64,000 nt of DNA from an uncultured Acidobacteriota bacterium (GTDB taxonomy: Bacteria > Acidobacteriota > Thermoanaerobaculia > UBA5066 > Gp7-AA6). Both the position numbers and the translations under genes were made by a program. The stretch lies in contig CAVXTP010000022.1 of the NCBI GenBank assembly GCA_963764715.1, positions 384,001-448,000 on the forward strand, written 5' to 3'. This document shows, piece by piece, positions 28,443 to 38,091 of this stretch. Numbering within the stretch: the stretch's first letter is position 1; every line of letters starts with the position of its first letter. The notes below the pieces were generated by a model, which worked only from the letters and a program-made list of their open reading frames with translations, was not told the DNA's origin and made no database searches.

Positions 28443-29299
28443 GGAAGACCTCCCCTGGGGTTGGACTCGCGTTGAAAGTCGGTGCGCGTGAGGGTCCGGC
28501 AGCGGAAGAGACGAGCTTCGGGATGCCGGGCCGAAAGGACCTCCGCGGCGTCGGGGGGCGCGCCGTGGAGGACGATCGTCGCACCCGAGCCGCTGATGGC
28601 GTAGTCGGCCGTCAGGCCCGCAGCGGACTCGAGGTACGCCTGCATCCTGGGCTCTGTTGCTAGCACGGCGGATGCCAGATCGTTCGGCCCCAGGAATCCC
28701 GGGTGACGCGGCGAAGCGACCTCGAGCGTGGCCGCCAGGGGGAACCGCCCGGCCTGGGCCCGATAGACCGCCGCGGTCGCGACGGAGAACGGCGGCACGA
28801 GGAGCAGGAGCTCGGCGGCCGGGCCGTCGGGCACGGGCATCACGATCTCGCCTCGGCCCGTGACGTCGGCCTGGCCGCCCGTCACGAAGAATGGCACGTC
28901 GCTGCCGAGCGCGGCGGCGAGCCGCTCCAGCCGGGCCGTGTCGGCGTCGACTCCCCAGAGCGCCGCGAGCAGGCGGAGCGTGACGGCAGCGTCGGCGCTG
29001 CCGCCCCCGAGACCGCCGCCCATGGGCGTGCGCTTCTCGAGCGTGATGCGGGCGCGCGGGGGCACGCCCGCGTCGGCGGCGAGGCGCTCGGCCGCGCGCA
29101 CGACGATGTTCTCGCGGCCGCCGGGGACCGCCGGATCGTCGCACGCGAAGGCGAGCTCGTCGGAGGTCTCGACCCGAAGCCGGTCGGCGAGGCTGATCGA
29201 GACCATGCGCGACCGGACTTCGTGGAACCCGTCGGGACGGATCCGCCCGACGCGGAGCTCCCGGTTGATCTTGGCGGGGGCCGAGGCGGAGAGGATCAT
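28439..29299 (-). CDS. ispE: 4-diphosphocytidyl-2-C-methyl-D-erythritol kinase
   Basis: APAKIN, PMGGGLGGGSADAA, LGSDVPFF, SGSGAT. Confidence 0.94.
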   Translation of the reverse strand: MILSASAPAKINRELRVGRIRPDGFHEVRSRMVSISLADRLRVETSDELAFACDDPAVPGGRENIVVRAAERLAADAGVPPRARITLEKRTPMGGGLGGGSADAAVTLRLLAALWGVDADTARLERLAAALGSDVPFFVTGGQADVTGRGEIVMPVPDGPAAELLLLVPPFSVATAAVYRAQAGRFPLAATLEVASPRHPGFLGPNDLASAVLATEPRMQAYLESAAGLTADYAISGSGATIVLHGAPPDAAEVLSARHPEARLFRCRTLTRTDFQRESNPRGGLP

Positions 29300-29967
29300 G
29301 GCGCGGCCGCGACGGCGGGCGCTGCGGGCTCGACGGCGACGAGCGAGAGCTTGAGGCTCCGCCCCGACTTCTCCTCGCGCGCCGAGATCCGCCGCGGCCA
29401 GGGATCGGCCTCGCCCTCGTAGGTCACCGTCAGGCGGCCGGTCTCGGCGGCGATGTCGAGCGCCGCCAGGCGCTGCTCGCTGCGGTTCACCGTGGCGGTC
29501 ACCCGGAGCGGCGCTTTCCAGACGGCGAGGCAGTCGGCGCCGTCGCATCCGTCGATCGAGGAGGGCGGCCCCGGCCACGCCCCCGCGAGCACGGCCCGGA
29601 GCGAAGCCGGATCGACGACGAGGGCGTGGCGGTCCTCGCCGGTGACCCGGCCCGAATCGTACTCGGCGACGCGCGAGCCGAAGGGCCCGGTGAGCGAGGC
29701 GCGGCGGACGGTCGTTCCGTCGTACGTCACGGCGAGGATGCCGGGGAGCGCGGGGGCGCCGGTCCCGCCCATCTTCGCGTCGTAGAGAAGGCGCGCGGCC
29801 GGCAGGTCCGCGGCCCGCCGCTCGGCCGCCGCGAGGGCCTCCAGCGTTTCACGCGCCTCCTCGGCGCCCGCCGGAACGAAGTGGCGCGCCGCGGCGCGGC
29901 TCGCGCAGCCGGAGAGGAGGACGAGCGAGACGAGGACGGCGGACGCGGCGAGCGGACGCGGGATCAC
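29296..29967 (-). CDS. Lipoprotein, LolB-like position
   Basis: Lipobox LLSGC; TPR-lipoprotein-ispE synteny. Confidence 0.7.
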   Translation of the reverse strand: MIPRPLAASAVLVSLVLLSGCASRAAARHFVPAGAEEARETLEALAAAERRAADLPAARLLYDAKMGGTGAPALPGILAVTYDGTTVRRASLTGPFGSRVAEYDSGRVTGEDRHALVVDPASLRAVLAGAWPGPPSSIDGCDGADCLAVWKAPLRVTATVNRSEQRLAALDIAAETGRLTVTYEGEADPWPRRISAREEKSGRSLKLSLVAVEPAAPAVAAAP

Positions 29968-31865
29968 CGCTGCGAGACGGGCGTGCGGGCTCGCCGGAGC
30001 TTGTCCTGGACGCGCTCGGCTTCCTCGGACTTGAGCGCGAGCGCCTTCTCCCAGTTGCGGATCGCGTCCTCGATGTCGCCCTGCTTCATCTCGAGATCGC
30101 CCAGGTGCTCCAGGATGGTCGGGTCGGTCGGCTCGCGGCGGGCGGCCTCGCGAAGATTCTTCTCGGCCGCGTCCATGCGTCCGAGCCGGAAGTACGCCCA
30201 GCCGAGCGAGTCGAGGTACGCGGCGTTGCGCGGCTCGCGGGACACCGCCTTCTCGAGCATCTCCCGCGCGCGCTCGAGCTGCACGCCGCGGTCCGCCCAC
30301 ATGTAGCCGAGGTAGTTCTGCGTGGCCGAGTCGTTGGGCCGCTCCTCGAGCAGCTTCAGGAACACGGTCTCGGCTTCGGCGGACGTGCCCGCCCGCTCGA
30401 GGCTCGAGCCCAGCCGGAAGAGGGCCTCGGAGCTCTCGGGATACTTCTCCGTGGCGGCCCGCGCGACGCGCACCGCGGCGTCGAACTTCTTGAGGCGGGC
30501 GTACGCGTCGGCGGCGGCCATCATGCTGTCGAGCTCGCCCGTCGCGGCGAGCGCGTCGAGCCTGGCGACCGCGGCCTTCTCGTTCCCGGTGTGGTATTCG
30601 AATTCGGCCGCGTTGGCGGCCCAGTCGGCGTCCTTCGGATCGGCCGCCGCGAAGGCGCGCGCGCGCTCGAGACCCTCGGCCCAGAACTCGCCGTCCCGGT
30701 CGGCGGCGAGCAGGATCCGCGCGGCGCGCGGATGGACGACGCCGTTCTGGAGGGCCAGCGGATCCAGGATCCGCCGCGCGGCGGCCCAGTCTTTCTGGAG
30801 GTAGGCGATGAATCCGAGCTCGATCTCGGCGGCCATCTTCGCCTCCCCCATCCGGGCGTCGTCGGCGGCCCGCCGGGCCATCCGCTCGTACATCGCCCGG
30901 GCCTCGTCGAACCTCCGCTCGCGGGTCAGCTCGGCGGCGAGAGCGCGGCGCGCCTGGAGGTCGTCGGGGTCCGCCTCGATCATGGAGCGGAGGATCTTTT
31001 CGCCTTCCTCGGTGCTCCCCCTCTCGAAGAGGACGGTCGCGAGCAGCCGCTGTCCGCCGCGGTTCTCGGGCCGCTTGGCGACGAGGTCGCGCGCGGCCGC
31101 CTCGGCCTCGGCGAACCGCCCGGCCCGCGCGAGGTCGAGGACGATGCGCTCGGTGATGGCGGAGTTGGCGGGGTCCCGGTGCTCGAGCGAACGGAGCACC
31201 TCGAGCGAACGGTCCAGGCGGTCCTGGTCCTCGTAGAGATCGATGAGGGCGGCCGCGATCTCGCGATCGCCGGGGTCCGCTTCGTAGAGCACGCGGTAGA
31301 TCGCCTCGGCTTCCTTGAGCCGTCCCGCCTTCGCCTTGGCCTCGGCGGTCAGGCGCTGGATCATCGGCTGGTTGCCGAGCTCGGGGAGCTCGTCGAGCAC
31401 CGCCGCGGCCTCGGCGGCGCGGTCGGCCGCCAGAAGCGCCCGCGCCAGGCTCACCGCGGTGCCGATGTCGGAAGGCGCGAGGCGGCGGGCGGCCGAGAGA
31501 TGCTCGATCGCCGGGGCGAGGCGCGAGGGGTCTTTCTCGGCGGCCGCCAGGTCGAGGTTTCCGAGCAGCCGCTGGGCCTCGGCGAGGGTGGGGTCGAGCC
31601 GGACGGCCTCGCGCGCCTGCTTCTCGGCTTCCGCGGGGACGTTGAGGTCCCGCAGGAGCTGGGCGTACTCGAAGTGGACGACGGCGTCGTCGGGGACCTG
31701 CTCGAGCACCTTCCGGTAGAGGCCGAGGGCCTCCTGGTATCGCCCGTCGGCGACGGCCGCGCGGGCGGCGAGGAACGTTTTCCGGCTCGCCGCGAGGTCC
31801 GCCTGCGCCGCGCCGGCGGACGCCGCGAGGAGCAGGGCGGCGAGAAGAATCGCGTATCTCTTCAC
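29964..31865 (-). CDS. Exported tetratricopeptide-repeat protein
   Basis: Signal peptide; TPRs including NYLGYMWADRG...AYLDSLGWAYF...ILEHLGD. Confidence 0.9.
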   Translation of the reverse strand: MKRYAILLAALLLAASAGAAQADLAASRKTFLAARAAVADGRYQEALGLYRKVLEQVPDDAVVHFEYAQLLRDLNVPAEAEKQAREAVRLDPTLAEAQRLLGNLDLAAAEKDPSRLAPAIEHLSAARRLAPSDIGTAVSLARALLAADRAAEAAAVLDELPELGNQPMIQRLTAEAKAKAGRLKEAEAIYRVLYEADPGDREIAAALIDLYEDQDRLDRSLEVLRSLEHRDPANSAITERIVLDLARAGRFAEAEAAARDLVAKRPENRGGQRLLATVLFERGSTEEGEKILRSMIEADPDDLQARRALAAELTRERRFDEARAMYERMARRAADDARMGEAKMAAEIELGFIAYLQKDWAAARRILDPLALQNGVVHPRAARILLAADRDGEFWAEGLERARAFAAADPKDADWAANAAEFEYHTGNEKAAVARLDALAATGELDSMMAAADAYARLKKFDAAVRVARAATEKYPESSEALFRLGSSLERAGTSAEAETVFLKLLEERPNDSATQNYLGYMWADRGVQLERAREMLEKAVSREPRNAAYLDSLGWAYFRLGRMDAAEKNLREAARREPTDPTILEHLGDLEMKQGDIEDAIRNWEKALALKSEEAERVQDKLRRARTPVSQR

Positions 31866-32029
31866 TCCCGGAATGTAGCATGCCGGCGCGGCGTGCGGCG
31901 CGTCACGGGGCCGCGGCGGTATGCTTCGGCCGGCGCGCGGCGGTGTCCGCGCCGGAGGTCGCATGCGGTCCGTTTCCCCCGTCCCCTCACCCTTCCAAAC
32001 CCGTGGCGCTACGGGATAATCGAACAGCG

Positions 32030-33397
32030 ATGCCTCGACTCGGGGTCCTCCTCCTGCGGGCCGGCGCGGTCACCGAGGAGAGCGTGAACCGCGCTCTGGC
32101 CGTCCAGGGCTTCGCGGGCGGCCGCCTCGGAACGCTCCTCATCGAGCGAGGCTCCGCGTCCGAGGACGACATCGGCCGGGCCCTCGCCGAGCAGCACGGG
32201 TGCGAGTACGCGCCATGGAACGTCCTCGGCTCCGTGCCCGCGACCGTCATCGCCGCGCTCCCCTCCAAGTTCGCGATCCGGCACTCGGCGGTTCCGGTGG
32301 GCCTCGGCGAGGGATTCATCCGCATCGCGCTGCGCGATCCCGCCAACCTCCGCATCCTCGACGAGCTCTTCTTCGTGACCGGCAAGAAGATCGTTCCGGC
32401 CGTCGCTCCCGAGGTCCGGCTCTACCAGGCCCTCGAGAAGTACTACGGGGAGCGCCGCACGCCGCGCTTCGCGATCCTGGCCGAGAAGCTCTCGCGCCCG
32501 ACGGCCCCATCGGTGATCCGCAAGCCCCTTCCACCCCCGCCGAACTTCTCGTCGGCCGCCCGCGAGCTTCCGCCCGGCCTGGCTCCCGGCGAACCGGACG
32601 ATCCGACGCTCCTCGCGGCCTGGCGGGTCCCGGACACGCCGCCGGTGGGATGGGGAGGCCTTCCGCCGCCCCCGGAAGAGCCGGAGCACCCCGAATCGAT
32701 CGCGTGGGAGGAAACGCCGGCGACGGGCACGTGGCCGGCGAGTCCGCCGCTGCCGGCGAGCGCTCCGCCGCCGCCGCCCTCCGCGCGGCCCGGAGCGCCA
32801 ATCTCGATCGCGCCGCCGTCGGCTCTCTCCGCGTGGCACAACATGACGGAGGTCCCTCCGCGTCCGGCCCCGACGCCGGCGCTCTCGACGGGATTGCCCT
32901 CGACCGGGATGCCGTCGAAGGGGGACCTCGCGTCGATCCTGAAGGCGAACGGACGCGACGAGATCTTCGAGGCGACTCTCTCGGTGCTCGCGCGGCGCTT
33001 CCTGCGGAGCGCCATTTTCGTGGCCCGGCCGGACGCCGTGGCCGGCTGGTCCGCCGCCGGCGAGGGAGTAAACGTCGAGGCGGTGCGCCGTCTCGAAACG
33101 CCGTGGACCGAGCCGTCGATTTTCCTGAACGTGCGAATGAGCCGGTCCTTCTACCTGGGGGCGCTTCCGCCGCTCGCCCGGCACGAGGAGCTCGCCGCCG
33201 CGCTCGGGGGCTGGCCGGCGGAGTGCCTGGTCCAGCCCGTGCTGATGCGGGACAAGACCGTCGCGTTCTTCTACGTGGTTTGCCGGGACGCCCAGGGCGC
33301 GACGCCGGCCGACCTGACCTGCGTCCGGGAGCTGGCCGGGGCCGCGGCCGCCGCCCTGGCGGCGTCCATCCGCTTGAGGAAAAAGCAGGTTATATAA
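32030..33397 (+). CDS. MshEN/GspE-N domain protein without ATPase (paralogue 1)
   Basis: Tandem RLGVLLLRAGAV...RALAVQ / RLGTLLIERG...RALAEQ motifs; ALRDP; Pro-rich linker; GAF-like C-terminus. Confidence 0.82.
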   Translation: MPRLGVLLLRAGAVTEESVNRALAVQGFAGGRLGTLLIERGSASEDDIGRALAEQHGCEYAPWNVLGSVPATVIAALPSKFAIRHSAVPVGLGEGFIRIALRDPANLRILDELFFVTGKKIVPAVAPEVRLYQALEKYYGERRTPRFAILAEKLSRPTAPSVIRKPLPPPPNFSSAARELPPGLAPGEPDDPTLLAAWRVPDTPPVGWGGLPPPPEEPEHPESIAWEETPATGTWPASPPLPASAPPPPPSARPGAPISIAPPSALSAWHNMTEVPPRPAPTPALSTGLPSTGMPSKGDLASILKANGRDEIFEATLSVLARRFLRSAIFVARPDAVAGWSAAGEGVNVEAVRRLETPWTEPSIFLNVRMSRSFYLGALPPLARHEELAAALGGWPAECLVQPVLMRDKTVAFFYVVCRDAQGATPADLTCVRELAGAAAAALAASIRLRKKQVI

Positions 33398-33419
33398 TCC
33401 TGGTCACCCCGGAGGACAC

Positions 33420-33689
33420 ATGATCAAAGCGGACATCGTCGACCGCGTGGTGGATCTCGCACAGATCCCGCGCGCCAAAGCGGCCACGGCCGTCGAAACC
33501 GTGATCGAAGCCATGCGCTCGGCCCTCGGCGCCGGGGACCGGATCGAGCTGCGCGGCTTCGGCGTCTTCCAGGTCAAGCGCCGCAAGCGCGGCATCGGCC
33601 GCAACCCCAAGACCGGCGTCGAGGTTTCGATTCCTCCGGGCAACACCATCCGCTTCAAGCCCGGCAAAGACCTTCGGGACCTGCCTTAG
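33420..33689 (+). CDS. HU/IHF family DNA-binding protein
   Basis: MIKADIV...RIELRGFGVF...GRNPKTG...FKPGKDL; GGAGG SD and TATAAT upstream. Confidence 0.96.
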   Translation: MIKADIVDRVVDLAQIPRAKAATAVETVIEAMRSALGAGDRIELRGFGVFQVKRRKRGIGRNPKTGVEVSIPPGNTIRFKPGKDLRDLP

Positions 33690-33709
33690 CGCCGACATAG
33701 AATAGGAAC

Positions 33710-35020
33710 ATGCCGCGCATTGGAGAGCTCCTGATCGCCGAGGGGCTTCTCTCCGAGGTCGCCGTGCAGAGCGCCCTCGGGTTCCAGAGGCACACGGGCG
33801 AGCCCTTCCGCCTCGGCACGATCCTCCTCGATCGCGACCTCCTCGGCGAAGAAAGCCTCCTCAAGGCGCTGGCGGCGATCCACCGCTGCGACTTCGCGAC
33901 CTGGCCCCAGATCATGAAGGCGACCCCCCAGGTGGTTCGCATTCTCCCCGAGCGCGCGGCGGTGCGCCTGGCCGCGATCCCGTACGCCCTGGAGGGCCGC
34001 GGGGTGCGCGTGGCGTTCAAGAACCCTTCCAATCTCGCCGCCGTCGACGAGGTCTCGGCGCTGACCGGACGGCCCGTTCTGCCGGCCGTCATCACCGAGG
34101 TCCGGCTGCTGCAGGCCCTCAATCTCTTCTACGGCCGCCCGGTCCCCATCGAGTTCCGCAACGTGCTCCAGAAGCTGGAGCGCAACGAGGAGCGGCGCCT
34201 CTTCCGCACCCGCGCGACCGACCGCGCCGAGCTCGCCGGCCGCTTCGTCAACCCGACCCCGACGTCCCGTCCCGCGGCCCGCGAGATCCCGATCGCATTC
34301 GGCCGCCCCGAGGCCGACGAGCCGAAGCCGCCGGCCGCGTTCGCCGCTCCGTTCGACTCGGCCGAGAACCCCCAGAACGAAACTCCGGACGCCCCCGGCC
34401 TCCTGCCGGACTTCACGCCGCCGCAGTCCGAATCGCCCGAAGAGCTCGCCGCCGGCATGTGGAAAGACGAGGGTTCCGTGGCGGAGCCCGCCCTTCCGCC
34501 CGCCAGGCCGGCGATCGCCCCGGCTCCCACGCCGGCGCACCCCTTCGCCGAAGCCGAGCCCTCGACGAACCGCGATCAGATCGCCGAGGCGGCGCTCGAC
34601 GCCCTCGTCCTGCGCTTTCCCCGCGTGCTGCTGCTGATGTCGGCGCAGGAGTCGGTCCAGGGCTGGACCGCGCGGGGCGGCCGGCTGACGCGCTCGCGCA
34701 TCGAAAAGGTCCGGATCCCGTGGGGCGAGCCTTCCATCTTCGCGTTCGTGAAGCTTTCGGGAAGCCCGCACCGCGGCGGCCTCTCCCGCATCCTGATGCC
34801 GGCCGCACTGACGGAGCTTCTCGGCGAGAGGGCGACGGCCTCGTGCGCGGTCTACCCCGTCCGGATCAAGGACCGCCTCGTGGCGTTCCTCTACGCGGAC
34901 CGGGCGGGCGCCCCGCTTTCCGCCGACGACTACCGGACGCTCGAGGTCGCAGCGAGCTCGCTCGGCAGCTCGCTGGCGCGCCTGCTCCTGGAGCTCCGCA
35001 AATCCTCCCCCGCGAGCTGA
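33710..35020 (+). CDS. MshEN/GspE-N domain protein without ATPase (paralogue 2)
   Basis: RIGELLIAEGLL...SALGFQ / RLGTILL; VAFKNP; GAF-like C-terminus PVRIKDRLVAFLYAD. Confidence 0.82.
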   Translation: MPRIGELLIAEGLLSEVAVQSALGFQRHTGEPFRLGTILLDRDLLGEESLLKALAAIHRCDFATWPQIMKATPQVVRILPERAAVRLAAIPYALEGRGVRVAFKNPSNLAAVDEVSALTGRPVLPAVITEVRLLQALNLFYGRPVPIEFRNVLQKLERNEERRLFRTRATDRAELAGRFVNPTPTSRPAAREIPIAFGRPEADEPKPPAAFAAPFDSAENPQNETPDAPGLLPDFTPPQSESPEELAAGMWKDEGSVAEPALPPARPAIAPAPTPAHPFAEAEPSTNRDQIAEAALDALVLRFPRVLLLMSAQESVQGWTARGGRLTRSRIEKVRIPWGEPSIFAFVKLSGSPHRGGLSRILMPAALTELLGERATASCAVYPVRIKDRLVAFLYADRAGAPLSADDYRTLEVAASSLGSSLARLLLELRKSSPAS

Positions 35021-35024
35021 GTCC

Positions 35025-35945
35025 CTGACCGATCCCGCGGCCGAGCCGTTTGCCGAGGCGCCGCCTCCCCGGTCGCGCTGGCGGCGCGCCGCGGAGCACC
35101 CCCTCTTTCACCTGGGCCTGTTCCTCCTGACGTTCGTCACGACGACGCTCGCCGGCGGCGCCGCCTTCACGACGACGGGCGGATGGCTCGGCGGCGGCCG
35201 CTTCTCGGACGGCTTCGCGTTCTCGATCCCGGTCATGACGATTCTCGGCGTCCACGAGATGGGGCATTACGTCATGTGCCGGCGATACGGGCTCGCCGCG
35301 ACGCTGCCGATCTTCCTGCCGTCGCCCATCCTCCTGCCGAACGTGCTGTCCTTCGGGACGTTCGGGGCCGTCATCCGGATCAAGGAGCCGATCCCGAACA
35401 AGCGCGTGCTGCTCGACGTCGGCGCGGCCGGGCCGATCGCGGGCTTCGTCGCGACCCTGCCGTTTCTTCTCTACGGAGTCGCGCACCCGAAGCCCAGCCA
35501 GACGCCGCTGACTCCCGGCACGACGCTCTTCGACTATCCCCTGATCGTGCACTGGGCCCAGCGCTGGATGCACATCGGCCCGTACACGAGCGCGTCGGTC
35601 CACGAGCATCCGACGTTCATGGCGGCGTGGTTCGGGCTGATCGTCACCGCGATGAACCTGTTTCCCCTCGGCCAGCTCGACGGGTCGCACGTGATGCGCG
35701 CCCTTCTCGGCCGGCGGCAGCCCTTCGCGGCCGGCGCCGCGGCGGCGCTCGCGGTCGCGGGCTCGTTCCTCGGCCCGCCCGTGTGGCTGGTCTTCTCCTT
35801 CTTCGTCGTGCTCTTCATGGGATTCCGCCACCCTCCCATGCCCGACGACGACGAGCCGCTCGGTTTCGGCCGGAAGCTCGTGGCCCTCGGCTGCATCGGG
35901 ATCTTCCTGCTCTGCTTTTCGCTGGCGCCGTTTCGCTCGCCGTAG
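35025..35945 (+). CDS. Site-2 protease (M50 family); start probably CTG at 35025
   Basis: HEMGH, GAAGPIAG, NLFPLGQLDGSH; the in-frame segment HLGLFLLTFVTTTLAG precedes the first ATG (35235). Confidence 0.88.
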   Translation: MTDPAAEPFAEAPPPRSRWRRAAEHPLFHLGLFLLTFVTTTLAGGAAFTTTGGWLGGGRFSDGFAFSIPVMTILGVHEMGHYVMCRRYGLAATLPIFLPSPILLPNVLSFGTFGAVIRIKEPIPNKRVLLDVGAAGPIAGFVATLPFLLYGVAHPKPSQTPLTPGTTLFDYPLIVHWAQRWMHIGPYTSASVHEHPTFMAAWFGLIVTAMNLFPLGQLDGSHVMRALLGRRQPFAAGAAAALAVAGSFLGPPVWLVFSFFVVLFMGFRHPPMPDDDEPLGFGRKLVALGCIGIFLLCFSLAPFRSP

Positions 35946-35982
35946 GGGGGCGGCCGTCGAGGACGAGGGGGGCCGCCCCTAC
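35942..35982. terminator. Palindrome between convergent stops (REP-like or bidirectional terminator)
   Basis: GTAGGGGGGCGGCC...GGCCGCCCCTAC. Confidence 0.5.
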
Positions 35983-36425
35983 TTCTGCGGAAGCTCGAGG
36001 AGGAAGGTGGCCGGCCCGTCGTTGACGAGCGAGACCTGCATGTTCGCGCCGAAGACTCCCGTGGCGACCCGGAGGCCCGTGCCGGCGAGGGCCGCGACGA
36101 ACCGGGCGTAGAGGGGCTCGGCCTCCGGCCCGCTCAGCGCGCGCTCGAATCCCGGGCGGCGCCCCCGCGACAGGTCGGCGCCGAGCGTGAACTGCGACAC
36201 CGCGAGGACCGCGCCGCGAACGTCGGCGAGCGCGAGGTTCATCTTGCCCGCCGCGTCGTCGAAGACGCGCAGGCCGGCGACCTTGCGCGCCGCGTCGTCG
36301 GCGAGCTCGGGCGTGTCCCCGCGCTCGGCCCCGAACAGAACGAGAAAACCCCGGCCGATCTCGCCGACGACCGCCCCGTCGACGTGCACGGCGGCGCTCG
36401 AGACGCGCTGGATGACGAGCTTCAT
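35979..36425 (-). CDS. dtd: D-aminoacyl-tRNA deacylase
   Basis: MKLVIQRV, SQFTL, GRRPGF, LVNDGP. Confidence 0.96.
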   Translation of the reverse strand: MKLVIQRVSSAAVHVDGAVVGEIGRGFLVLFGAERGDTPELADDAARKVAGLRVFDDAAGKMNLALADVRGAVLAVSQFTLGADLSRGRRPGFERALSGPEAEPLYARFVAALAGTGLRVATGVFGANMQVSLVNDGPATFLLELPQK

Positions 36426-37996
36426 CGCTCGCGTCTCGCGACGCGGCGAAGCTCCGCCGGCTCCGGCGCGCCGAGCAGGTGTGCGGCGAGCCAGTAGACG
36501 ACGGCCGCCGAGGAGATCATGACTCCGAGGATCGCGGCTCCCCTCCAGCCGACGATGCGGTCCGCCGCGAAGAGGCGGAGGCCGCCGAAGACGTAAGCGC
36601 CCATCGCCGCCGAGGCCGCGGCGATGCGCGCGACGGAGGCGAGGATCTGGCGGCCGCGCAGCCGGCCTTCGCGCAGGCGCAGCATGACCACGAGGATCAG
36701 GACGTTGACGGCGGCGGCGCCGGAGGCCGCGAGGCCGATCCCGGGCAGGCCGAGCGGGCGGGTCAGGATCCGGCAGAGCAGGACGAACACGACGGCGTCG
36801 GCGAGCGCGGCGACGACCGGCAGGGACGTGTTCTTCAGCGCGTAGAAGGCCGGGACGATCACCCGGATCCCGGCGAAGAAGAAGAGCCCGACCGAAAGTG
36901 TGGCGAGCGCTCCCGCGGTTTCGAGGGTGTCGCTCGCGCCGAACCGTCCCCCCTGGAAGAGGACGCGGACGATCGGCACCTGCAGCATGACGAGGCCCAC
37001 GCTCGCGGGCACGGTGACGAACGCGATCAGGCGCAGCGCGAAGGCGAGGTTGTCCTTGAAGGGGCCGCGGTCGGGCAGGAGCGCCTGCTTCGAGAGGAGC
37101 GGCAGGATGACGGTCGCGATCGAGACCGCGAAGCCGCCGAGCACGAGCTCCTTGAGCCGATTGGCGTAGTAGAGATGCGACACGCTCCCGTCGCCGAGGC
37201 CGGCGGCGAAGCGGGTCGAGACGACGGTGTTGAAGGCGCTGATTCCGTACGCGGCGAGGCGCGGCGCCATGAGCAGGAGGACGGACCGGACGGCCGGATC
37301 GCTCCAGCCGAGCGCGGGCCGCCCGACCGCGTGAAGCGCCCGCAGCTGCGGAATCTGGACGACGATCTGCAGCAGGCCGCCCGCGAGGACCCCGGCCGCC
37401 AGCCCGTAGGTCGGCTCGGAAAGGCGCGGCGAGACGAAGAGCGCCGCGAGGATCACGGCCACGTTCAGGAGAATCGGCGCCGCCGCGGCCGCCGCGAAGC
37501 GCCGGTGCGCGTTGAGCAGCGCCTGGCACAGCGCCGCGAGCGAGACGAGCAGGATGTACGGGAAGATCCAGCGGTTCAGGAGCACCGTCAGCTCGAACTT
37601 GCCGGGCTCCTGGCGGAACTGGCCCGCGAGCAGCGTGACGAGCCACGGCGAGAGGAGGATCCCGGCCACGGTGATCGCGGCGAGAATGACGGCGAACGTG
37701 GCGACGACGCGCCCGACGAAGGCGCGGGCCTCTTCGGCGCTGCGCTGCGCGGAGACTTCCGTGTAGACCGGGATCACGGCCGAAGACATCGCGCCCTCGC
37801 CGATGATTTCCCGCAGCATGTTCGGAATGCGGAAGGCCACGAAGAACGCGTCCGAGCGGAGCCCCGCGCCGAGTGAAAACGCGATCGCCTTTTCCCGCAG
37901 GTAGCCCGTGATCCGCGAGAGGAGCGTCAGGGGCGTGATCGTCGACGCCGAGCGCACGAGGTGGCGGCGGGTCGCTTCGATCTCGTTGTCGGTCAT
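36422..37996 (-). CDS. murJ: Lipid II flippase MurJ
   Basis: SRITGYLRE, DAFFVAFRIPN, GEGAMSS, LYYANRL. Confidence 0.95.
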   Translation of the reverse strand: MTDNEIEATRRHLVRSASTITPLTLLSRITGYLREKAIAFSLGAGLRSDAFFVAFRIPNMLREIIGEGAMSSAVIPVYTEVSAQRSAEEARAFVGRVVATFAVILAAITVAGILLSPWLVTLLAGQFRQEPGKFELTVLLNRWIFPYILLVSLAALCQALLNAHRRFAAAAAAPILLNVAVILAALFVSPRLSEPTYGLAAGVLAGGLLQIVVQIPQLRALHAVGRPALGWSDPAVRSVLLLMAPRLAAYGISAFNTVVSTRFAAGLGDGSVSHLYYANRLKELVLGGFAVSIATVILPLLSKQALLPDRGPFKDNLAFALRLIAFVTVPASVGLVMLQVPIVRVLFQGGRFGASDTLETAGALATLSVGLFFFAGIRVIVPAFYALKNTSLPVVAALADAVVFVLLCRILTRPLGLPGIGLAASGAAAVNVLILVVMLRLREGRLRGRQILASVARIAAASAAMGAYVFGGLRLFAADRIVGWRGAAILGVMISSAAVVYWLAAHLLGAPEPAELRRVARRER

Positions 37997-38091
37997 GCGG
38001 TTGAGCGATTCTAGCCGTCCTCGGCGCCCGGACGTCATCTGTCCGCTACGAAGTGGAATATGGTTCCAGCACCTGAAAGGAGGGCGAACAC

